Source: Octopus sinensis (lineage: Eukaryota). From it: 64,000 nt of DNA. Positions 11,468 through 24,179 of the stretch are shown one piece after another; within the stretch, counting starts at the first letter, position 1, and every line of letters begins with the position of its first letter. The notes under the pieces were generated by a model that was given only the letters and a program-made list of their open reading frames with translations, was not told where the DNA came from and did no database searches. The DNA lies in NCBI RefSeq assembly GCF_006345805.1, contig NC_042998.1, positions 203,360,001-203,424,000 of the forward strand, in the 5' to 3' direction. Both the position numbers and the translations under genes were made by a program.

Positions 11468-12539
11468 TTAAAATCTGTGTCAATACAATTACTCTTTTAT
11501 TAGTTTCAGTTATTTGACTGTGGCCATGCTGGAGCACCACCTTTAGTTGAGCTAATTGACCCCAGAACTTATTCTTTGTAAGCTTATTCTATCGGTTACT
11601 TTTGCCTAACCACTAAGTTACAGGGATGTAAACACACCAGCATTGGTTGTCAAGCGATGTTGTGGGGACAAGCACAGACACACAAACATATACACACACA
11701 CACACACATACATACATATATATATATATGTATCATCATCATCGTTTAACGTCCATTTTCCATGCTAGCATGGGTTGGACGGTTTGACCGGGGTCTGGTA
11801 AGCCATGGAGGCTGCCCCAGGCTCCAGTCTGATCTGGCAGTGTTTCTACAGCTGGATGCCCTTCCTAACGCCAACCACTCCGTGAGTGTAGTGGGTGCCT
11901 TTTATGTGCCACCAGCACGTATATATATATATATATATATATATACATACACACACACACACACGATGGGATTCTTTCAGTTTCTGTCTACCAAATCCAC
12001 TAACAAGGCTTTGGTCAGCCCAAGGCTATAGCAGAAGACACTTGCCCACGGTGCCCTGCAGTGGGACTGAACTTCGATGTCTGGCAGCTGACTTGGCAGA
12101 CACCCATAAAATTATTAACCATCTTACAAACAATAACTCTGAGCACCTTTTCAAACTCCACCCGTCTAACACCAGTGGACAATGTTTACAAAGTCAGAAA
12201 ACAGCACAGCTCCCATGACTTCAGGAAACATTTTTTCACGCTAAGAGTTGCTGAAGCATGGAACAAACTGCTGGCATCAGTTGTTAGTTGTCGGAGCACT
12301 GCATCCTTCAAAACTTCCATGCTTTCTGAGATTCACCAACACTACACCTGATTTTCTCCCCTCCATACACACAAGCAAGCATGGATCTGACTCATGTACT
12401 GTTCACTTCCCAGACATTTGTACATTACTGCATATGCTTTATACGCACTTTTTGACAAGTTGTGGTGCACCTGAGCACTGTATACAATAATTTCATTATT
12501 ATTATTATTAAGAAACTAGGTTAGAGAAAGGAAAAAGAG

Positions 12540-12897
12540 ATTGTGGCCATTGCCAGCGCCGCCTCAACTGGCTTCTATGCCGGTGGCACATAAAAAGCAC
12601 CATCCGAACGTGGTCGATGCCAGCACTGCCTTGGCTGGCTTCCGTGCCGGTGGCACGTTAAAAGCACCAACCGATCGTGGCCGATGCCAGACTCCCCTGG
12701 CCCCTGTGCTGGTGGCACGTAAAAAGCACCCACTACACTCGCGGAGTGGTTGGCGTTAGGAAGGGCATCCAGCTGTAGAAACACTGCCAGATCAGACTGG
12801 AGCCTGGTGCAGCCATCTGGCTTCCCAGACCCCGGTCGGACCGTCCAACCCATGCTAGCATGGAGAACGGACGTTAAACGATGATGATGATGATGAT
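12540..12897 (+). mobile_element. 5'-truncated RTE 3'UTR copy (representative of >20 copies on both strands, e.g. ~1100, 2400, 5185, 6715, 7490, 9470, 11731, 14218, 14760-15500, 17510, 18958, 20930, 22380, 26555, 27150, 27931, 29400, 32723, 38835, 40630)
   Basis: Shared core GGAGTGGTTGGCGTTAGGAAGGGCATCCAGCTGTAGAAAC...CCATGCTAGCATGGAAAACGGACGTTAAAC(GAT)n with variable 5' ends. Confidence 0.85.
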
Positions 12898-12924
12898 AGA
12901 AAAGAGCAAACTTGAACCACTGAC

Positions 12925-12992
12925 CTTTGCCCGTTGTTTGTCTTCCAGCTATTGCAATCATCCCAACTGTTTTTGGCACAGATATTAACATT
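12925..12992 (-). CDS. HLCS: HLCS exon (MLISVPKTVGMIAIAGRQTTGK)
   Basis: ttcttttccag acceptor, GTCAGT donor, phase 2-1. Carries the RQTxGKG motif of biotin ligases. Confidence 0.9.
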
Positions 12993-13314
12993 CTGGAAAA
13001 GAACAGAAATATATTATAGAGAGAGAAAGTGGGTGGGTGTGTACATGTACATACCTATTTCTTTACTAACCACAAGGGGCTAAACGCAGAGGGGACAAAC
13101 AAGGACAGACAAACGGATTAAGTTGATTATATCGACCCCAGTGCATAACTGGTACTTAATTTATCGACCCAGAATGGATGAAAGGCAAAGTCGACCTCGG
13201 CGGAATTTGAACTCAGAACTTAACGGCAGACGAAATACGGCTACGCATTTCACCCAGTGTGCTAACGCTTCTGCCATCTCGGCACCTTGTGTACATGTAC
13301 ATACAATCGATAGC

Positions 13315-13432
13315 GTGTGTGTGTGTGTGTGCAGGGGTGCGTGTGTGTGTGTGCATGTGTGTGTGTGCATGTGTGTGTGTGTGCATGTGCATGTGTGTGT
13401 GTGTGTGTGTGCATGTGTGTGTGCATGTGTGT

Positions 13433-13463
<31 letters not shown>

Positions 13464-13489
13464 CATGTGCGTGTGTGTGTGTGTGTGCA

Positions 13490-13534
<45 letters not shown>

Positions 13535-13575
13535 CATGTGTGTGTGTGTGTGTGTGTGCATGCGTGTGTGTGTGT
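13315..13575. repeat. (GT)n microsatellite with GCAT interruptions
   Basis: Direct reading. Confidence 0.97.
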
Positions 13576-13801
13576 ATTTCATGTTACGCCAAGAAGTGAT
13601 GCATGCTTCTGGAAGTTTTGGCTCAAATCAAATATGACAAACTACTCCAAATGCTTGTCAGAGTCTCTGCATAACCGGAGCCAAGACCGGTCAATCTGTA
13701 CTGGCACCAAGTCATCTAAGTTGTAATAAATGTTGTAACAAACACAAACTAGAGACATTTTGAAATCATTTATTACGTAAAGTACGTGTTTTCTATTATT
13801 T

Positions 13802-14190
13802 ACTAGCAGTATCGCCCGGCGTTGCTCGGGTTTATAAGGGAAATAACTATATAAGCATTTTTAGAGATGTAAAGTATAATAGCCATCTCAATATGGCTAA
13901 CCACAAAGGGGGGGGGGTGTTACTGTAGCTTTTTACGTTCTGAGATTTAATAATAAATATTTAGAGAGTTACTTCCCTTATATATGCCAAAAATGCATTA
14001 AAAATGGGAAAAATTGATGGTAAATTTTTTTTAAATCGTAAACACGCGCTAATACCCAGAAGGGCTCGATATGAATCACGACTATAAGATACCCGGTTTT
14101 GGTTAAACTGCACCGCAAAAAGTGGGAGTAGTTAGGACTCTAAATCATAGGAGACAGACAGCACACAACCTCACTTTTATATATAAAGAT
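13802..14190 (+). mobile_element. Non-autonomous Helitron-like element (ACTAG...TATATAAAGAT termini)
   Basis: 5' ACTAGCAGTATCGCCCGGCGTTGCTCGGG with a subterminal hairpin, 3' CACTTTTATATATAAAGAT, no TSD. This architecture matches Lep1/DINE-type elements. Confidence 0.65.
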
Positions 14191-15604
14191 ATATATGTAT
14201 ATATATACACACACACCATCATCATCATCGTTTAACGTCCACTTTCCATGGGTTGGACGGTTTCAGTAAGGGCTGGTGAGCCAGGAGGCTGCACCAGTCT
14301 CCAATCTGATCTGGCAATGTTTCTACAGCTGGATGCCCTTCCTAATGCCAACCACTCTGAGAGTGTAGTGGGTGCTTTTACATGCCACTGGCACAAGGGC
14401 CAGTCAGGCGGTACTGGCAACAGCCATGTTCGGATGGTGCTTTTTACGTGCCACCAGCACAGGTACCACAACTACAATTTCCATTTGATATTTATTTTGA
14501 CGTTGATGTACTTGACTCAATAGGTCTCATCAGTTGTTAAAGAGATTCAGAGTCAACCCAGTATCGTCATTGCTGTTGAAAAGTCTAGAAAAGAAAAGAC
14601 AGGCAGAGGTTGGAAGAAGAAGAAGAGCAGGTGTATTAGTTTTATGCTCAAAAAGAATGGAAAAGTCTTTGGACGGTTTGAGCCTGTGCTCTTCAACAGA
14701 AAGGGATGAGAGGGAAAAAAGGGTGGGATGGAGAGACAGAGAGAAAATGGATTAGGATTAAGATGAGGTGGTGAAATATGATCTTAAGAAGTTGAATCTC
14801 ACAGAAGTGATGAAAAGTGAGCAAAAAGGTGATTAGCTGTGCTTGAGAAGACATGTTAAGCTTAATGAAATCGTAGTCATGGCCAGTGTCAGTGACACGT
14901 TAAAGGTACCTGGTACACTCTGTGGAGTGGTTGGCATTAGGAAGGGTACCCAGCTGTAGAAACCAAGCAAAAGAACTGGGACCTGGGGCAGCACCTGGCC
15001 TTACCAGCTCCTGTCCAACCGTCCGACCGATGCTAGCATGGGACACAGATGTTGAATGATCGTGACGTTGCTTTAGTTTCATGCTGGAACCAAGTAAAAG
15101 ACACTTGTGCCAGTTCCATGTAAAATGCACCCAGCACACGCTGAAGAGTGGTTGGCACATTAGGAAGGGCATCCAACGTTAGAAACCATACCAAAACAGA
15201 CAAGTGGAGCCTGGTGTGGGCCCTGACCATGCCAGTTCCTGTCCAAACGTCCAACCCATGCCAGCAGGGAAAACAGATGCGTGATGATGATGCAATAGAT
15301 ATAACATTATATATGATACAGGCACCTGGTACATTCTATGGAGTGGTTGGCATTAGGGGGGGTACCCAGGTGTAGAACCCAAGCAAAAACAGATAAATGG
15401 AGCCTGATGCTGCCCTCTGGCTCACCAGTTCCAGTCAAACTGTCTAACCCATGCCAGCACGGAAAACAGATGCTAAATTATGATGATGATGCTGATGATG
15501 ATGTACATGTCTAAAACAAGTTTAATGCTCTCCATCCCAAATGCACCGAAATAATCCCTCTGAGAATCTCTCTCTCGTTAGACATAAAGTGTGGTCATAC
15601 TTAC

Positions 15605-15876
15605 TGATTAAGCAATGGCATGGTCGAAGGAACGACCTCAACAAAAAATATAGCATTGCCCAGCACAGCAGAGTGGAGGTTGTCCCAATACTTTTTGGCA
15701 TTGAAGTACCGGGGATGATATGTGTCGTCACTGATCACAACAGGGAGATTAACAGCACTTGCAGCCGAGTTCAGAACTTCTAAGTTTCGAACGAAAGTCA
15801 ATGAGACTTCTGAAGATTTCAGTGTTCCATCTTTAAGGCGTGATGCAAGACTGTCCAGAAGCTGTTTTTCCACAAC
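15605..15876 (-). CDS. HLCS: HLCS exon (VVEKQLLDSL...YFNAKKYWDNLHSAVLGNAIFFVEVVPSTMPLLN)
   Basis: ggtgtttag acceptor, GTAAGT donor, phase 0-2. Matches the start of the BPL catalytic domain (FNLEIYRQNL..LGKVILFAEVTPTTM). Confidence 0.92.
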
Positions 15877-16297
15877 CTAAACACCAAAGGGAAGAAAAAA
15901 GAAATTTAATACTGGTTTCATAATCAGGCATAATTGAAAGGGACAAGGGTAGTTGATTGCATCAACCCCAAAAGGATGAAAGATAAAGCTGACTTCGTCA
16001 GAAATTGAACCCAGAATGTAAAGCTAAGTATTTGGTCAATGCATGCTAATGGTTCTGCCAGCTTGTTGCCTTAATTATAATGCTCTCTATTATAGGCAGA
16101 AGGCTGAAAATTTTGGGGTCAGGGGGGCCCAAGTTGATTGCATCAACCCCAGTGTTCAACTGGTCCTTAATTTGTCAACTGTGAAAGGATGAAAGGTAAA
16201 GTTGACCCCGGTGGGATATGACCTCAAAACATAAGGACAGACGAAATACCACTAGGTATTTTGCCTGGCATGCTAATGATTCTGTCAGTTTGCCATC

Positions 16298-16332
<35 letters not shown>

Positions 16333-16787
16333 TATTATTATTATTATTATTTCAAAATTTTGCTACAAGGGCAGGTTGGGGGAGGTGGAAAAGAGTTGAT
16401 TACATCAACCCCAATATTCAACTGGTTCTTATTTTATTGACCCCGAAAGGATGGAAGGCAAAGTCAACCGCTAAACATAATGATAATAATAATATTTGCC
16501 GCAGGGGCTTCAGATAGGGAGACATTACAAAGACAATTTATATTTTGTCAGGGAATGATTACATAAAAAGATGAGGGTAAGAAAAAAGAGAGGGGGGGGG
16601 GCAATGAGGTAAAAAAGTATATAAAAAAAAGTGAATACATGGATGATGCAGTCCACCTGATGCGGAACTTCTAATTAGAGCGAATCAAGGAACCTCATAG
16701 ATTCAAAATCTATGAGACCTACTAAGGGCACAAGCCCTCACCTAAGTGATGTTCTCCAATCTCCAATCACAAGGACTAGAAACCAAA

Positions 16788-16950
16788 GGCGCAGGAGTGG
16801 CTGTGTGGTAAGTAGCTCGCTTACCAACTGCATGGTTCCGGGTTCAGTCCAACTGCGTGGCACCTTGGGCAAGTGTCTTCTGCTATAGCCTCGGGCCGAC
16901 CAAAACCTTGTGAGTGGATTTGGTAGACGGAAACTGAAAGAAGCCTGTCG

Positions 16951-17035
<85 letters not shown>

Positions 17036-17250
17036 ATATGTTTGTGTGTCTGTATTTGTCCCCCCACCATCGCTTGACAACTGATGCTGGTGTGTTTACG
17101 TCCCCGTCACTTAGCGGTTCGGCAAAAAGAGACCGATAGAATAAGTACTGGGCTTACAAAGAATAAGTCCCGGGGTTGAGTTGCTCGATTAAAGGCGGTG
17201 CTCCAGTATGGCGGCAGTCACATGACTGAAACAAGTAAAAGAGTAAAGAG
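16788..17250 (+). mobile_element. tRNA-headed SINE family B with CORE-like box and internal (AT)n(GT)n microsatellite, intact copy
   Basis: Head GGCGCAGGAGTGGCTGTGTGGTAAG...GGTTCAGTCC has A/B-box-like motifs. CACCTTGGGCAAGTG resembles the CORE domain. Other copies at ~7086(-), 9870(-), 11495(-), 18610(-), 21430(-), 26850(-), 27700(-), 37490(+), 58220(-), 59455(-). Confidence 0.85.
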
Positions 17251-19341
17251 AGTGCATGCTTAGAGTAGTTCCTTTCACCTTAACCATTTCTGCCAGTTAC
17301 TCATCTTCTGACAGATTCTCTGGAGAAAAACACCTCCCTCACCACCCTCACTTTCTTTTGCAAGTGAAGCTTAAAAAAGGAGGGTCAGTCTTCAATCTTT
17401 CCAGCCTCATCCACCACACAACCTCTTTTGCCATAGCCACTAGACATAGGAACACTACCTTCCCCATCTCGTTAAAGGTGGGCAGTGGGGTAATCCTCAC
17501 AACAAACTTGGCTGACAGCTGCACCTGTGCCGGTGGCACGTAAAAAGCACCAACCGATCGTGACCACTGCCAGCCTCCCCTGGCACCTGTGCCGGTGCCA
17601 CATAAAATGCACCCACGACACTCACAGAATGGTTGGCGTTAGGAAGGGCATCCAGCTGTAGAAACACTGCCAGATCAGACTGGAGCCTGGTGCAGCCTCC
17701 TGGCTTCCCAGACCCTGGTCGAACTGTCCAACCCATGCTAGCACGGAAAACGGACGTTAAATGATGATGATAACAGCAGCTGTTTGACATAACTTCACCA
17801 GTCGGCAATACTTGGACACAGCACAAATGCATGCAGTAATATTTCACTGCTCAGCATGCATCTAGGACACCCTTGCCTGCCAGCACTTCCATACCTGAAG
17901 AATTTACCTGAAACTAGAAGTATCCCTCAAAAGCAAGCAGTACTAGGCCAGGGATTTCTGAAAGTTATCAACGGGCAGCCTCAAGAACATCATCACTCTA
18001 ATTTCTTTACTGCCCACAATGAATCACAGAGGGGACAAACAGAGGGGACAAACAAGGACAGACAAACGGATTAAGTCGATTACATCGACCCTACTGAAAC
18101 ACTGGTACTTATTTAATTGACCCCGAAAGGGTGAAAGGCAAAGTCGACCTCGGCGGAATTTGAACTCAGAACATAATGGCAGACGAAATACCTATTTCTT
18201 TACTACTCACAAGGGGCTAAACACAGAAAGGACAAACAAGGACAGACAAAGGGATTAAGTCGATTACATCGACCCCAGTGCGTAACTGGTACTTAATTTA
18301 CTGACCCCGAAAGGATGAAAGGCAAAGTCGACCTTGGCGGAATTTGAACTCAGAACGTAACGGCAGACGAAATACTGCTAAGGATTTCGCCCGGTGTGCT
18401 AACGTTTCTGCCAGTTCGCCACCTTAAGAGAAAAACTATATAATAATTCTCCCATCTCTACTATGCACTTATCCCTATGAGGGTGGTGCAGGAGAGAGGA
18501 GGGTGTCAGGGTCCTCCAGAAGGCCCTATTAGGGGCAAATGTCATCAAATGATCCAGTTGGATTCTCAAGTAAATCTAATCAAAGCTATGCACCAGTTAA
18601 TCATCATTTATTTTTCACACGTTTCAGTCATTAGACTGAGGCCATGTTGGAGCACCACCTTCAAGATTCTTTAGTCAAATGATTTTTTTGAGCTTGGCAC
18701 TTACTCTATTGATCTCTTTTGCTGAACTGCTAAGTTACAGGGATGTAAACGCACCAAGGCCAGTTGTCAGGCAGTGAAGGGGAACAAACACACACATACA
18801 CACACAAGAATTTTTCTTCAGTATCCATCTGGCAAATCCATCACAAGGCTTTGGTCGGCCTGAGGCTATAGTAGAAGACACTTGCCCAAGGTGCCATGGA
18901 GAAGGACTGAACCCAGAACCATGTGGTTGGGAGATTTTCCAAAAATATTCCTACTAAGTTGCCGGTGGCACGTAAAAGCATCCACTACACTCTTGGAGTG
19001 GTTGGTGTTAGGAAGGACATCCAGCTGTAGAAACTCTGCCAGATCAGATTGGAGCCTGGTGCAGCCATCTGGTTCGCCAGTCCTCAGTCAAAATCGTCCA
19101 ACTCATGCCAGCATGGAAAGCGGATGTTAAACGATGATGATGATGATGATCCAACAGGTTTCAGTTAAAGTAAAAACACTCTGCAGTTTGGATCCCTAAA
19201 TTTATTCCACTGCACCATAATCTAATGTCACAACAACAACAACAATTCTACTCTTTCAGTGAAAAAGAAAGAAAGAAAGAAAAAGAAAACTAAGAGTTAC
19301 ATAAGATGAATGAATTCAATGGAATAAATGGCAATTCTTAC

Positions 19342-19488
19342 CTTTGTTTTAGTGAAAAGTTTGGCGGGAGTCAGCTGAGGAACATCTTGGCTGGAACATT
19401 CAAGTTCAAGATGAGTGGACATCAAATGGCAAAGAATTTCATAAAAATCCTCGCTCGGTTTACCGCAGTGGTCACTGTCAAAGTAGAC
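19342..19488 (-). CDS. HLCS: HLCS exon (49 aa, VYFDSDHCGKPSEDFYEILCHLMSTHLELECSSQDVPQLTPAKLFTKTK)
   Basis: ccgtttag acceptor, GTAAGA donor, phase 0-0. Matches HLCS VHLE...LGLSCDMKQVPALTP. Too short for the ORF track. Confidence 0.88.
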
Positions 19489-19567
19489 CTAAACGGTAGC
19501 AACGGAAATGGGAAACTCTTTGAATATTAAAGCTTGAACTTGCATAAATAAACAATAAATAAACATA

Positions 19568-19961
19568 GGCGCAGGAGTGGCTGTGTGGTAAGTAGCTTGC
19601 TAACCAACCACATGGTACCGGGTTCAGTCCCGCTGCGTGGCATTTTGGGCAAGTGTCTTCTATTATAGCCCCGGGCCGACCAATGCCTTGTGAGTGGATT
19701 TGGTAGACGGAAACTGAAAGAAGCCTGTCGCATATATGTATATATATATATGTATGTGTGTGTGTGTGTGTTTGTCCCCCCTAGCATTGCTTGACAACCG
19801 ATGCTGGTGTGTTTACGTCCCTGTCACCTAGCGGTTCGGCAAAAGAGACCGATGGAATGAGTACTGGGCTTACAAAGAATAAGTCCCGGGGTCGATTTGC
19901 TCGACTAAAGGCGGTGCTCCAGCATGGCCGCAGTCAAATGACTGAAACAAGTAAAAGAGTA
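19568..19961 (+). mobile_element. SINE family B, intact copy just upstream (in transcript direction) of HLCS exon 19342-19488
   Basis: Near-identical to the 16788 copy over its full length. Confidence 0.88.
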
Positions 19962-20090
19962 ATATATATGATAATGATGATGGATGGAGAGAGAGAGAGA
20001 GGGGGAGGGAGAGAGAGAGGGTTTACCGTTCCATTAAGGTTGGATCAACAAAAAATGAACTCCATCTAATGAGAGATAAATATCATTTAA

Positions 20091-20536
20091 CCCTTTCGTT
20101 ACTGTATTTCTGTTGAGATGCTCTCTGTTTCTTTCAATTACTTTAACCCTTTAGCATTTAAACCGGCCATATCTGGCCAAAAGTATTCTGCCTGTTTTAT
20201 GTTCAAACTGGCCAGATCTGGTCTCTCGCACCAGCCCTACAATATCGTTTTAAAAATTAACAGCTACCTCATCAAAATCTCATAACTCCAAGATAATGCC
20301 TGATTAGTTCAAGGTAATGTGGATAAAAAAGGATTAATTTTGGCAGAATAATGTGAACACTAAAGGGTTAAATATAACAAAGAATTTAGTAAAATAACTT
20401 TGTTATCATTAAACTAGTGTTAGGAACATAAATTGTGACTAAGGTTTGGAGGAAGATTTTAATTCAGAACTTTTGAAAACAAGACATTGGTACTACAAAT
20501 CCAGAGGTGGTTTCAGCCAGGTTGGTATCGAAAGGG
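20091..20536. mobile_element. Same piggyBac-type MITE carrying a second nested TTAA MITE (20147-20367)
   Basis: Outer TTAA 20087-20090 and 20537-20540 with TIR CCCTTTCG/CGAAAGGG. Inner TTAA 20143-20146 and 20368-20371 with TIR CCCTTTAG/CTAAAGGG. Confidence 0.88.
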
Positions 20537-22559
20537 TTAATGCACACAGTATTTAAAATATGAGCTACAAATAGTCTTTTGCCATTAAAACATGATTAGG
20601 CAGGTTTTTATATAACACACCTTGTATTTCCAAATAATCTCAGGGTTCTGGGCACATGGTTTGTCCTATTTGAAAACCAGGACACCGGTACATGAGAAGC
20701 CATGAGAAAAAAAAAATGAGAAGGTTGTTTTCCACATCTAGTATCAACCTTCTCATCTAATGACTTAAGATAAAAGATAAAACTAAATAAAGCTTCCAGT
20801 GGTCTTTGGTTAGAGGATGGCATTCAGAAGAGCATTCAGGTGGAGAGGTCATGCCAAGCAGACATGGGAGCAGGATGCAGTCTGCAGACTTGTTGGACCC
20901 TCATGAAATGTCTAGCCATGCCAGCATGGAAGATGGACATCAAATAATAATGATGTGCCAGTGGCACATAAAAGGGCACCATTCAAGTTGATCGTTACCA
21001 GTGTCGCCTTATTGGTACTTGTGCCCGTGCTAGTAGGGTGCCAAGAGCACCATTCGAGCATGATCATTGCCAGAGCAGCCAACTGGGTTCCGTGCCAGTG
21101 GCACGTAAAAGGGCACCATTCGAGTGTGATCGTTACCAACGTCGCCTTACTGGCACCTGTGCCGGTGGCATGTGTAAAAAGATTTGAGCGAGGTCATTGC
21201 CAGTACCGCCTGACTGGCCCCTGTGCCGGTGGCACATAAAAATCACCCACTACACTCACGGAGTGGTTGGCGTTAGGAAGGGCATCCAGCTGTAGAAACT
21301 CTGCCAGATCAAGATTGGAGACTGGTGCGGTCGTCTGGTTCGCCAGACCTCAGTCAAAATTGTCCAACCCATGCTAGCATGGAAAGCGGATGTTAAACAA
21401 TGATGATGATGATGAATACAAAAACACATATCTCTTTTACTCTTTTACTTGTTTCAGTCATTTGATTGTGGCCATGCTGGAGCACCGCCTTTAGTCGAGC
21501 AAATCGACCCCGGTACTTATTCTTTGTAAGCCCAGTACTTATTCTATCGGTCTCTTTTGCCGAGCCGCTAAGTTACGGGAACGTGAACACACCAGCATCA
21601 GTTGTCAAGCAATGCTAGGGGGACAAACACACACACACAAACACACACATACATATATATATATATATACATATATACGACAGGCTTCTTTCAGTTTCCG
21701 TCTACCAAATCCACTCACAAGGCATTGGTCGGCCTGGGGCTATAGCAGAAGACACTTGCCCAAGATGCCACACAGTGGGACTGAACCCGGAACCATGTGG
21801 TTGGTTAGCAAGCTACTTACCACACAGCCACTCCTGCGCCTATGTGTATGTCTGTATGAAATCCGCCAAAAAAATGATATTGTATGAAATAAAGATATTG
21901 TCCATTTATAGAAACAACTGTAATGTCAATCTGACTTGTCCTTTTTTCATTTAAATCCTTGCTTTTGTTATCCACTCTGCTGGGTTTATTATATTAAACC
22001 CACTGGATCTTACCATGAAGCTGTGCACTGCTCACCTTTGGCATCAATCGAAGTCTTACAGATCTTTCGCTTTTCAAATACTACGCTAGCCAAGAACCAG
22101 TACGAAGAGCTAGGAACCCAACCCAGGAACCCATATCTATGGTGTTCGCCGCTGGAATAAGGAGTGGTTGGAGATCACGTAGTCGTTAGCCTCAAATCGC
22201 CAGGTCTGGTCGGCGTTTGTGAGAGATGCAGCATTGAGGATGAATGAAGCCAGCTCAACCCACCCCGGGTGAATGCTGTCTCAAGTCAAGTCAAGTCAGT
22301 ATGATGAGCTCGTGAGCAGATGAACAGGATTTTAATTATTCCCCCAATTTATATATAAAGATCCTTATTTAACATCAGATTTCCACACTGGCTTGGGCTG
22401 GACAGTTTGACAGGAGCTGGCAAGCCTGGGAGTTGCACCAGATCCCATTTGTCTGTTTTGGCTTGGTTTCCACAGCTCAATGCCCTTCCTAATGCCAGCT
22501 ACCTTACAAAGTGTAATGGGAACTTTTTATGTGGTACCATCAGTGGTGCTCACACACAC

Positions 22560-22597
<38 letters not shown>

Positions 22598-22645
22598 CAT
22601 GTAAAAATAATTCAACAAAATTTCAGGTTTTTCTAATCAACTCAC

Positions 22646-23436
22646 CTGAGATAAGACAGCAACTCCTTGGTCGAGGTCTGCTGGAGATTCTAACTTAACA
22701 ATCAAAGAGTTTTGGCTAGAACTTTCTGAAGCTAAAACTGTACAATTAAAATTGGAGGATTTTAAAGCATTTGAGTAGATGTAACGTCCGGCCATCATCG
22801 GAACATTACTCCAATGATGGCATGATACATTCACCAAGTCTGCAGAACGACGAACCAATTCTTTGTCAAGGAACAAAGAATCGATATTGCTTGCCAAACT
22901 CATCAGCTTCCCACCTTTCTCAAAATAGCTAAATATCACATGGTCAATGTCATCATAGAGTCTTTCGCACGCAATAACCAACAATATGGTGTTGTCCATC
23001 CAGGGTGCTGTGTTGATTTGATTGTGCTGAAGTTGGTAAATCGCATAGCAATCTGAAGACAAGCATTTTTCAAGCATGGTTTTGAAGGATTCAAATTTAC
23101 GTTTGGAGTCTTTTTTGCCACAGTAAACAAGAATGTTTGGTGGTTTCACGGCAACGTTAGCAGGTCTCTGGAATTCCAAATCCACTTTGGCCTCATCTGC
23201 TTCCATCTTTTCGTATTTCACATCTCCAGCAGCCATTTCTGAATCGCTGTCGAGCAGGAGGTCTTCATCCGAGTGGGTCTCACTGGCACATGGCGACGCC
23301 AACGCTTCGTTAGAATGGCAACAACAAGAATCCTGATCATCGATGCTGTTCTCACTGCCAATGCTGTAACGTTTTAAGTTGTCCTTCACGGCCGGAGGAA
23401 GGATTAGGTTGGAGCCACACCCTTCTATATTTATTG
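22646..23436 (-). CDS. HLCS: HLCS large exon (N-terminal domain, KPPNILVYCG...PWMDNTILLVIA...GGKLMSL...AVLSQ)
   Basis: Includes the 250-aa ORF 22637..23389. ccag acceptor gives exon start 23436, phase 1 (T+CA). GTGAGT donor at 22645. Motifs match HLCS KPPNILLY / PWTDNCLLLVIA / GGKVLGL / AVLCQ. Confidence 0.93.
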
Positions 23437-23884
23437 CTGGACACGGAAAAGAAAGAGAAAACAGTTAACATTAACAAGAACAATAATAATGGTTTCAGAT
23501 TTTGGCACAAGGCCAGAAATTTGGAGAGGGGGCGAATTGGATCCCTGAAGGGATGAAAGGCAAAGTTGATCGCAACAGAATTCGAACTCAGAACATTAAT
23601 GCTGCTAAGGATTTTTACCCAGAAAGTTAAGGATTCTGTTACCTCACAACCTTAATAATAATAATAATAATCTTTTCTACGGAAGGCACGAGGCCGGAAA
23701 TTTTGGGAGAGGGGACTAGTCGATTGCATCAATCCCCAGTGTTTCACTGGTACTTAATTTATCAATCCTGAAAGGATGAAAGGCAAAGTCAACCTTGGCG
23801 GAATTTGAACTCAGAATGCAGCGATGGGCGAAATACCGCTAAGCATTTCACCCAGCGTGCTAACGGTTCTGCCAGCTCACTGCC

Positions 23885-23918
<34 letters not shown>

Positions 23919-24179
23919 TGATGATCTTTCTACTATAGGTACAAGGCTTGAAATTTTGGAGAAGGGGACGAGTCAATTACATTGACCCCCAGTGTTTCAC
24001 TGCTACTTAATTTATTGTCTTCGAAAGTGATCCAACTACTGCAACAGGGTGGACCCCAATAAAGGTTCACATGGGTGGGAGTAGGGGGTGCAGTGGATAG
24101 TAATAGTGGGGAAGTGGGGGTGCAATGGTGCGTTGAAGGGGAAAGGGCAAGAAACAAAGAAAATAAAGAAGTGACTTAC

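Noticed and set aside
12575-12924. 138-aa ORF extending an HLCS exon
   Set aside because: Only 12925-12992 matches HLCS. The rest is read-through past the GTCAGT donor into an RTE tail.
13123-13726. CV/HT-repeat ORFs (also ~6112-6853, 31662-32102, 55926-56214)
   Set aside because: Dinucleotide microsatellites lack stop codons, so these are artefacts.
20608-20823. 71-aa minus-strand ORF as a possible HLCS exon
   Set aside because: No HLCS similarity. The exons at 22646 and 19488 already join in phase.
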